14,202 nt of DNA from Coprothermobacterota bacterium (lineage in GTDB: Bacteria > Coprothermobacterota > HKB111), in contig JBBIUB010000021.1 of NCBI GenBank assembly GCA_037440465.1, positions 1-14,202 on the forward strand. Direction: 5' to 3'. Within the stretch, counting starts at the first letter, position 1; each line of letters opens with the position of its first letter. Positions 7,832 through 14,202 of the stretch are shown here, in pieces. The notes below the pieces were generated by a model. The model searched no databases and was not told the DNA's origin. It saw only the letters and a program-made list of their open reading frames with translations. Both the position numbers and the translations under genes were made by a program.

Positions 7832-8821
7832 TTAGTTTTGCCCCTCATAATCACCCATTAACATTGAAATAATCTTGCCCCTTAGTGCTTGTAAAGATAA
7901 CCATATTAAAAAAGCCATACCCAAAAAGGCTATTCCCATAAAAACCCATTCCTCTTTAAATAAGAGCTCATAATTTCGATAAGTATCACCGAAAAGCTCC
8001 GATTTATTCACTTGTAAACCTGTAAAAATTATCAAACTTACCGTAACGAGGACCAGGGGAATAACCACATATCCGAAAACAGGAAATAACCAGATGGTTG
8101 CCATAGCGAACCCAAGAATCAACAGGATAAGCAATAAATCCACCTCAAAAGGGTAAGGCATCGTCATCAATGGCAGGACAGCAACAATAGTCAAAATAGT
8201 GTACATCAAAGCCCTTAAAAGGGGCGACTTTCTTTTTTCTGTACTTTTGGAAAATAAAGAGCTTCTCTGGTTAATATACTCCAGAGCCTCATTGAAATTA
8301 TCTTTATTACAATAAACAATCATTACAACACGCCAGTTGTTTCTTAAAGCAATTGCTTCCATAGAAGGGTGTTTAATTACTTTTGCTATACCTTTCCAGG
8401 GTATAAAAAGATCCTCAGTAGAACTGGCAATCAGTCCCGTTCCAATTAAACCAAATTTTCCAGTGAGTAATCCAGTTATTATAGCTGCTCTGTTTGACAT
8501 TTTCGCTCTTTTGCTTAAAGTTTCATATGCAGCACCTTTATCCGAAAGTGTGAATCTCATTCTTAAACGGTTGCCAAAAAACAGTAGCATAATTAACCAC
8601 ATCAAAACAGTAAAAATCGACATAACTATCAAAAACACTCTCATGATAGGCAGGATTGATTCAATCTCTCCCTGGGTTATGAAAATCAATGAAAAAAGAA
8701 TAAAAGTTATTAAAAACGCTATTACAAACATCTTTAACAGGTCTCTTAAAATAAATGGATTAGTCGCCAGTGGGACGTTTACCTCCCAGGATAAAGATTT
8801 TTTTTCTATTTTATTCTCCAT
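7832..8821 (-). CDS. Hypothetical multi-pass membrane protein
   Basis: Long ORF with several hydrophobic segments; ATG 8821 preceded by GGAGGTG; no family recognised. Confidence 0.8.
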   Translation of the reverse strand: MENKIEKKSLSWEVNVPLATNPFILRDLLKMFVIAFLITFILFSLIFITQGEIESILPIMRVFLIVMSIFTVLMWLIMLLFFGNRLRMRFTLSDKGAAYETLSKRAKMSNRAAIITGLLTGKFGLIGTGLIASSTEDLFIPWKGIAKVIKHPSMEAIALRNNWRVVMIVYCNKDNFNEALEYINQRSSLFSKSTEKRKSPLLRALMYTILTIVAVLPLMTMPYPFEVDLLLILLILGFAMATIWLFPVFGYVVIPLVLVTVSLIIFTGLQVNKSELFGDTYRNYELLFKEEWVFMGIAFLGMAFLIWLSLQALRGKIISMLMGDYEGQN

Positions 8822-8955
8822 ACTCACCTCCAATTAAAAAATTGTTTATATTACCCATGAGCAAAGTGAGGTACCTATTAGAGAGCATGGTAATCTCATG
8901 TTACACTACTAATCTCCCCTGATCCCTCTTTAGAAAAATTAAAAAAGATATGTTA

Positions 8956-10140
8956 TCACAATAGCTTAACCTGAGGTAAAATACCGCCCTTGATCTTTTT
9001 TAGTTCAGTTGGTAAATGATTTAAATTACCTACTACTCTATCCCTGATGGTAGCGATTTCTTCTTTTTCTCTTACTATCTTGCCATCTCTAATAAGAGGT
9101 TTAAGAAGAGATTTATAACGTTCGGGGGATGGTTTGGTTTTCAAGGTTAAAATGTCATTGTAACCTTCTGCTCTATAGACCTGCTTTTCTCCCGAGAGAT
9201 TTCCTACCTTGGCTAAAGGTATTCTATTAACTTCCACAATTTTCAGTGCAAAATCCAGAACTGGAGCGTTTGCCAGGCGTGTGCCTACACCAAAACCATC
9301 TACATAAGAGCGGAGCCTTTCTACCTCATATTCATCAAGACCTCCGCTTAGATATATTTTAAGGTTCTCAACCCCTTTCTGCTTGAATAACCAACGAATC
9401 TCCGGGATACAATCCACATAATCTTTGGAGTCAATTCGGATGCCGTAAAGTCTGTCTCCAAGAACATCCAGAGCTTCCAGAGACTCCTTTACTGGTGAGC
9501 CAAAGGTATCCACAAGGGCTATGCGAGGCACACTTTCATCTATATAACGGTCAAAATATTCAAAAGCTCTCCTATCGCTTCCCATAGTCAAAATCAAGGC
9601 GTGAGGCATTGTACCTGATGCTTTAATTCCCAGATGTTGTGCACCAAGAACGTTGCTAACACCATCAAGACCAGCTATATAGGAAGCATATTCTATGGCA
9701 GGAGCCAGTACAGGGTGCTGTCTTCGAGTACCAAAACTGTACACTTCTTTGCCATCGGATGCCAGTTTTATTCTCGATGCTTTAGTTCCCACTCCAGAGA
9801 AAAAGGAAACAAAACCTATGATGGCAGTCTCATAACGGGCAAAATCTACATAGTTACCTCTAACAGTCAGGACAGGCTCAAGTGGGAAGAATATCTCTCC
9901 TTCTTCCATAGCATCTACTTCTACTGGAATCCCTTCCAGAAGTTTGGCAACCTCACTGGAACCTAAGAAAAGACCAAAAGTGTAATCTGGATTTGGGAAA
10001 AAACGCAGGAAAAGTTCCATTACTACATAAGGGTTCTCTTCTGATTTTTTCAGGACTTCTTCAGTACGTTCAAAATAAGCGTCTGTAACTAAACCTTTTT
10101 TAATCTCTTCATCGCTGGATATTAAAAAATCTTTTTTCAA
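8956..10140 (-). CDS. pncB: Nicotinate phosphoribosyltransferase
   Basis: TDAYF, SFGTRR, SGTMPHA, ALVDTF, GIRIDS, SGGLDE, GFGVGT; adjacent to nicotinamidase-like gene. Confidence 0.93.
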   Translation of the reverse strand: MKKDFLISSDEEIKKGLVTDAYFERTEEVLKKSEENPYVVMELFLRFFPNPDYTFGLFLGSSEVAKLLEGIPVEVDAMEEGEIFFPLEPVLTVRGNYVDFARYETAIIGFVSFFSGVGTKASRIKLASDGKEVYSFGTRRQHPVLAPAIEYASYIAGLDGVSNVLGAQHLGIKASGTMPHALILTMGSDRRAFEYFDRYIDESVPRIALVDTFGSPVKESLEALDVLGDRLYGIRIDSKDYVDCIPEIRWLFKQKGVENLKIYLSGGLDEYEVERLRSYVDGFGVGTRLANAPVLDFALKIVEVNRIPLAKVGNLSGEKQVYRAEGYNDILTLKTKPSPERYKSLLKPLIRDGKIVREKEEIATIRDRVVGNLNHLPTELKKIKGGILPQVKLL

Positions 10141-10689
10141 CTATACCTCCCAACTTTTAATAATATCACCTGTCTTTAGAATCTTTGCTCCATAAATTTC
10201 TGTCATATACTTCAATGCCCTTTCATGTTCCTGTGGGTTAAAGGTAGCAGTAGCATCCTCAACCACCTTCACTTTATATCCTCTAAAGAAACTCTCCGCT
10301 ACATTATGAAGAACGCAGATATCGGTAGTTACTCCTGTTAGTATAATTTCTTCTATTTCTATACCCTGAAGAATTGTTTCAAGGGGCGTGCGGAAGAAAC
10401 CACTGTAAGTAGTTTTGGGTATCACAGATTCGTTATTAAGTGGAGCCAGCTCAGGTATAACTTTTGAGCCTTCTTCTCCCTTCATAGAATGTGCTCCCCA
10501 GTGTTTAATCTCAGGGTCACTCAAATTATGGTAATCCTTCAAATAGACCACAGGTACACCCTTTTCCCTCGCTTTTGAGAGGAGTTTCTGTAAGTTCGGG
10601 ATAATACTCCTGGCATATTCGCTGCCAAGTACACCGTAGACAAAATCATGAACCATATCTATTACCAGCAAAACATCTTTATTTCCCAT
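10141..10689 (-). CDS. pncA: Nicotinamidase / isochorismatase-family cysteine hydrolase
   Basis: VIDMVHDF, D.H..., HWGAH, K..YSGF, GVTTDICV catalytic motifs; abuts pncB. Confidence 0.85.
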   Translation of the reverse strand: MGNKDVLLVIDMVHDFVYGVLGSEYARSIIPNLQKLLSKAREKGVPVVYLKDYHNLSDPEIKHWGAHSMKGEEGSKVIPELAPLNNESVIPKTTYSGFFRTPLETILQGIEIEEIILTGVTTDICVLHNVAESFFRGYKVKVVEDATATFNPQEHERALKYMTEIYGAKILKTGDIIKSWEV

Positions 10690-10712
10690 ATCAGATCTCC
10701 TTATCTATGCTC

Positions 10713-11378
10713 TTATATTGATTTTACCACCATTGAATTTAGCTCTACAAGTTTAATCCCAAAAACTTCCTCGAAACCATTACGAAATAGCTTCTTGACC
10801 TCTATCATATCTTCTTCAGAAAAAGGTTTGTTAAGCTCTCTAACCAGAGATGTGACTTTTCTCTCCTGCATACCGCAGGGGATAATGTAGTTGAAAAGGT
10901 CAAGGTTTATACTAACATTAAACGAGAACCCATGCATAGTAACCCATTTCTTGATGGAAATGCCTATATTTCCAATCTTATTACCTTTAACCCACATCCC
11001 AGGGTGATGCTGAACCTTCTCTCCAGTAATCTGATAATTATTCAAAACCTTTAACATCATATCTTCAACTCCCCTTATCATATAAGGCAAGCCACCATGT
11101 AGTCCTTTAAGGGGTAAAATGAAATATCCTACTACCTGACCAGGAGCATGAAGCGTTACTTCTCCTCCTCTCTCAACTTCAAAAACGGGGATGTCCTCTG
11201 AGTTTAATATGTGTTCTTCCTTACCTCTCAAACCCACTGTTATAACCGGTGTATGCTCCAGAAGTAGAAAGAATCCTTCATTGCTTCCCTTTTCTATAAC
11301 ATCATTCTGAAGCTTCCTTTGAAGTTCGAGGGCTTCACCATAAGACACTAATCCAAGATCAGCAAAATAAACCTTCAT
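10713..11378 (-). CDS. lipB: Lipoyl(octanoyl) transferase
   Basis: LLEHTPVITVG, RGGEVTLHAPGQ, KIGNIG, HGFSFNV, IIPCG. Confidence 0.93.
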   Translation of the reverse strand: MKVYFADLGLVSYGEALELQRKLQNDVIEKGSNEGFFLLLEHTPVITVGLRGKEEHILNSEDIPVFEVERGGEVTLHAPGQVVGYFILPLKGLHGGLPYMIRGVEDMMLKVLNNYQITGEKVQHHPGMWVKGNKIGNIGISIKKWVTMHGFSFNVSINLDLFNYIIPCGMQERKVTSLVRELNKPFSEEDMIEVKKLFRNGFEEVFGIKLVELNSMVVKSI

Positions 11379-11394
11379 ATCAAAGCCTTAATCT

Positions 11395-12135
11395 TCATAC
11401 TATAAGGACCTTAAACGGATGGAAGACATCACTGAGTTCCTGGAGTTCTTCTTCTTTTATTACCATAAGACCTGGTTCTGTAGAAACCCTAACAGGTCTG
11501 TTAAGATGAATGAGAGAAACTGGAAGATGAGAAATAGTTTCATAAATTTTCTTCATCTCCTCTTCACTGTCGTTAAACCCCTTAAGTATCATTATCTCCA
11601 GCCACAACTCTCCCTTATAACTTTTAAAGAAAGATACGATTCCATCTATCACCATTTCTAAAGTTAAGCCGGGAACAGGACGGTTAATGATATTAAATAA
11701 CTCGGGAGTAACTGTAGAAAGGGTGCACTTTACCCTATCAGCCAGAGATAGCTCTTCTCTCACTTCTTTGATGTGTAAGAGGGTAGAGTTGGTAAAAACA
11801 GTTAGGGAAACACGGGTTCTCTTCTTTAAAGAAAAAAGGATCTCACCCAGTTCAGAATTGAGTGTTGGCTCTCCAGAACCAGAAAAGGTAATAGAGTCCA
11901 GAGAGTTCTCCAGCGAAGGGAGAACCCTGTTAATTGCTTCCAGAACCAATTCTTTACTCGCATAGGGCTTTCTTTCTAAAGTGAGGATGTCAGTTCTTCT
12001 CTGAAGCTCACAGAATATACAATCAAAGGAGCAGGTCTTAAGGGGGACAATATCCACACCCAGAGAGTACCCCAGTCTCCGGGAGCGGACTGGCCCGTAT
12101 ATTAGGTGGAGATTATTATTTACACTCAAATACAC
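11395..12135 (-). CDS. Radical SAM Fe-S protein (COG0731-like)
   Basis: YGPVRSRRLGYSLGVD, CSFDCIFC, TFSGSGEPTL; exact start uncertain. Confidence 0.9.
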   Translation of the reverse strand: MYLSVNNNLHLIYGPVRSRRLGYSLGVDIVPLKTCSFDCIFCELQRRTDILTLERKPYASKELVLEAINRVLPSLENSLDSITFSGSGEPTLNSELGEILFSLKKRTRVSLTVFTNSTLLHIKEVREELSLADRVKCTLSTVTPELFNIINRPVPGLTLEMVIDGIVSFFKSYKGELWLEIMILKGFNDSEEEMKKIYETISHLPVSLIHLNRPVRVSTEPGLMVIKEEELQELSDVFHPFKVLIV

Positions 12136-12188
12136 CTCAATTATTATATTTTATTAATTATACTGTTAACAACTACTTTTAGTTATGA

Positions 12189-13343
12189 TTATTTTTCGTA
12201 CAGGATTATATTTCTTTTGGCTAATTCACTCACCATCTTATTAAAACCCTTTCCAATAAAGATTCTTTCAGGTTCAACTACACCTAACATACCAAAATCT
12301 TCGTTAGCTAACATAATAGCAGCCACAGAAGACGGATAAGCAGTGGTCCTTTCCATTGAAGTTAAACCAACTTCCTCGTCGCTATAGTCCAGAAGTTCGT
12401 AGGATTTTTCTACATATTTTCCAGCTTTTAAACCCTTTCCCTTAACCAGTAAATAAGTGAAGTCTCTTACCCCTGGTATTTTCTTAAGGGTTTTGTTAAG
12501 AACTGACTCTGCTAAATCTCTTGGAGATACTTTGATACCGTTTATATCAATGGGTTCTTTAGCAAAAAACCCATATTTTTCCAGAAGTTTCATAGTCTGA
12601 TAGTGGCCAGGATACCTTAAAGTAGCCTCAGATAACCTCTTCACCCCTTTTTCTTTCATAGTCTTATTAAGGCTATATAGACCATCGGTTTTAAGAGCAT
12701 CTACCTGTCCATAACCAGGTATGAAGAAGGTTTCAATATCATATAGGTGTTTCTTTACAACGGTTTTTCCGTCTTCTATCACTTCAGGATCAGTTAGATA
12801 AAGATCCAGAAGAGCTTCCACATTAAATAAAACCATGTAGTCAAAGGGAGTAGCTCCTCTTTCTACGGGTAAACCTCCACAGTAAATAACCGCTTCTTCA
12901 AGTTGGTCGAATTCATAAGCCAGTTGACCAACACAGATATTTCCTAAGCCTGGTACTATGCCCAAACCGGGAACTACCAAGCTTCCAACTCTTTTAAGTC
13001 CTTCATCAAACTCGTACTGTCTTTTCCATTCCCAGTAATCAGTGAGGAGAGCTTTTGTTTTTACTTTACAACATGCCTTATAAAAGCTTTCAGTATACTC
13101 CCAGGGATGAGGAAGAGAATTAATAACGAAATCAACTTTTGATATAAGATTTATTGTTGACTCCATATCAAAGATATCAACCTTAACTGTAGAAATGTTG
13201 AATGCACCAACTAATTGTCTTACATCACTGAGTCTGTTCTCATCAATATCGCCAACAATCACCTCGCAACCGGTATCAAAATTCAATAAATCGTAAGCAA
13301 CAGCTTTACCCTGAAGCCCTCCACCAAGTACTAAATACTTCAT
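12189..13343 (-). CDS. Saccharopine dehydrogenase family oxidoreductase (lysine 6-dehydrogenase-like)
   Basis: Rossmann VLGGGLQG, GLGIVPGL.N, YCGGLP, TDGL.SL, TLRYPGH, SMERTTAYP. Confidence 0.88.
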   Translation of the reverse strand: MKYLVLGGGLQGKAVAYDLLNFDTGCEVIVGDIDENRLSDVRQLVGAFNISTVKVDIFDMESTINLISKVDFVINSLPHPWEYTESFYKACCKVKTKALLTDYWEWKRQYEFDEGLKRVGSLVVPGLGIVPGLGNICVGQLAYEFDQLEEAVIYCGGLPVERGATPFDYMVLFNVEALLDLYLTDPEVIEDGKTVVKKHLYDIETFFIPGYGQVDALKTDGLYSLNKTMKEKGVKRLSEATLRYPGHYQTMKLLEKYGFFAKEPIDINGIKVSPRDLAESVLNKTLKKIPGVRDFTYLLVKGKGLKAGKYVEKSYELLDYSDEEVGLTSMERTTAYPSSVAAIMLANEDFGMLGVVEPERIFIGKGFNKMVSELAKRNIILYEK

Positions 13344-13526
13344 AGCAAATCCCCCTTTTTAATAGTCGAATTATTTTTAAAGTAACTATGAAAAATAAAA
13401 TTGAATAAACTAAGTCTTCTATTATTATATAACACCATGGCTTTTATAATTCCATTACCAGTTTTTTATGAATATAAATAAATTAATTCTTAGTATAGTT
13501 AGTTAGGCCTGACCCCGAGTATAAGA

Positions 13527-13555
13527 TTGACCAAAGAAATATTTGAAGGTATACT
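13527..13555 (+). promoter_or_regulatory. Sigma70-type promoter of tRNA-Ala
   Basis: TTGACC 13527-13532, 17-bp spacer, TATACT 13550-13555, 11 bp before the tRNA. Confidence 0.7.
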
Positions 13556-13566
13556 TAAAACAATAA

Positions 13567-13641
13567 GGGGGCGTAGCTCAGCGGGAGAGCGCTTGCTTCG
13601 CATGCAAGAGGTCGTGGGTTCAAATCCCATCGCCTCCACCA
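13567..13641 (+). tRNA. tRNA-Ala (anticodon CGC)
   Basis: GGGGGCG/CGCCTCC acceptor stem with G3:U70, anticodon arm CTTGC-TTCGCAT-GCAAG, GGTTCAAATCC, encoded CCA. Confidence 0.97.
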
Positions 13642-13920
13642 TATTGAATTAGCCAACGAAGTGAGTGGACCCGCACAACAGCAAGCTGTATGCGGGGTAA
13701 ACTCCACCCCGAGCGAGGCGACTAATTCAATCTGGTGGTGTCTACTGGACGATGTCAGAACCTTCTTTGAACAAAATCCAGAGGATTTTGCCGATTGACG
13801 CAAAGTTGTGAAACAATTTTGCTGACGGCTCACGGGCAAAAAATTTCCTCCCCCAAAACCCCTCCAATTTTTGCCCGCTCGCTGAAACAATTTTACAAAA
13901 ATTTTTGTGTCGCTTTTTTA
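13642..13920 (+). repeat. Right (longer) copy of tRNA/tmRNA-3'-adjacent module; probable end of an integrated element
   Basis: Homologous to the reverse complement of 1724-1901; begins immediately after the tRNA CCA. Confidence 0.9.
13703..13798 (+). pseudogene. C-terminal coding remnant (STPSEATNSIWWCLLDDVRTFFEQNPEDFAD*), probably the tail of a site-specific recombinase
   Basis: Synonymous-biased divergence from 1774-1863; no start codon or N-terminal part present. Confidence 0.45.
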
Positions 13921-13965
13921 TAAATTCCATAGATTATTTCAGGTGCTTTGAATTTTTACTCTATT

Positions 13966-14157
13966 TTATAGCGGACTTTTAATATTTTTAAGTTTCGGAT
14001 TTGTTACTTGGGTATAGATTTGTGTCGTTCTGATATTTTGCTGACCTAAAAGTTCCTGCACATATCTAACATCAACGCCATTTTCTAATAAATGTGTTGC
14101 AAAGCTATATCTTAATTTATTGTTTGCGGGGAATAATTTTTGCCTTATTTGTTCCAA
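13966..14157 (-). pseudogene. intI: Decayed tyrosine recombinase, integron-integrase-like (C-terminal fragment)
   Basis: [35 protein letters not shown]...IKSPL: box II and the SPL terminus typical of IntI; H-x-x-R His and LGH His are lost and most of the gene is missing, so the IntI-specific insertion cannot be seen. Confidence 0.75.
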
Positions 14158-14202
14158 GTATTTTTGTAGAATAATTTTATAAAAATTGGTATAGTAAGTA
14201 TA

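Noticed and set aside
8337..8837. 166-aa plus-strand ORF
   Set aside because: Antisense shadow of the membrane-protein gene, with no RBS or recognisable motif.
11395..12135. Radical SAM next to lipB as a lipoyl synthase (LipA)
   Set aside because: It lacks the CX4CX5C auxiliary-cluster motif and has only one Cys outside CxxxCxxC.
13502..13508. GTTAGGC integron core-like heptamer upstream of tRNA-Ala
   Set aside because: No matching inverse core or L boxes; a 7-mer is expected by chance.
13555..13930. Minus-strand ORFs 13555-13890 and 13742-13930
   Set aside because: Antisense to tRNA-Ala and the module; the synonymous bias supports the opposite strand.

Overview
AT-rich bacterial chromosomal window. 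An ~11.3-kb core of ordinary host genes (2258-13566) holds a PrcB-domain protein, a ybjQ-gntR-ABC operon, tRNA-Ser, a SufT-like protein, tRNA-Leu, a GAF-GGDEF cyclase, a membrane protein and pncB-pncA-lipB-radical SAM-saccharopine dehydrogenase-like genes. This core is bracketed by two outward-facing alanine-accepting RNA genes: tmRNA (minus, 1902-2257) and tRNA-Ala(CGC) (plus, 13567-13641). Directly behind the CCA end of each lies a copy of the same ~180-280 bp module, so the two copies form an inverted repeat. The module contains a palindrome, an inverted copy of the CCACCA end, and a protein C-terminal remnant that differs mostly by synonymous changes and resembles a recombinase tail. Beyond each module lies integron material: the distal end of a cassette array with three attC sites on the left, and a decayed integron-integrase-like gene on the right. 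The tmRNA appears to encode an extremely short tag, (A)AA-stop.
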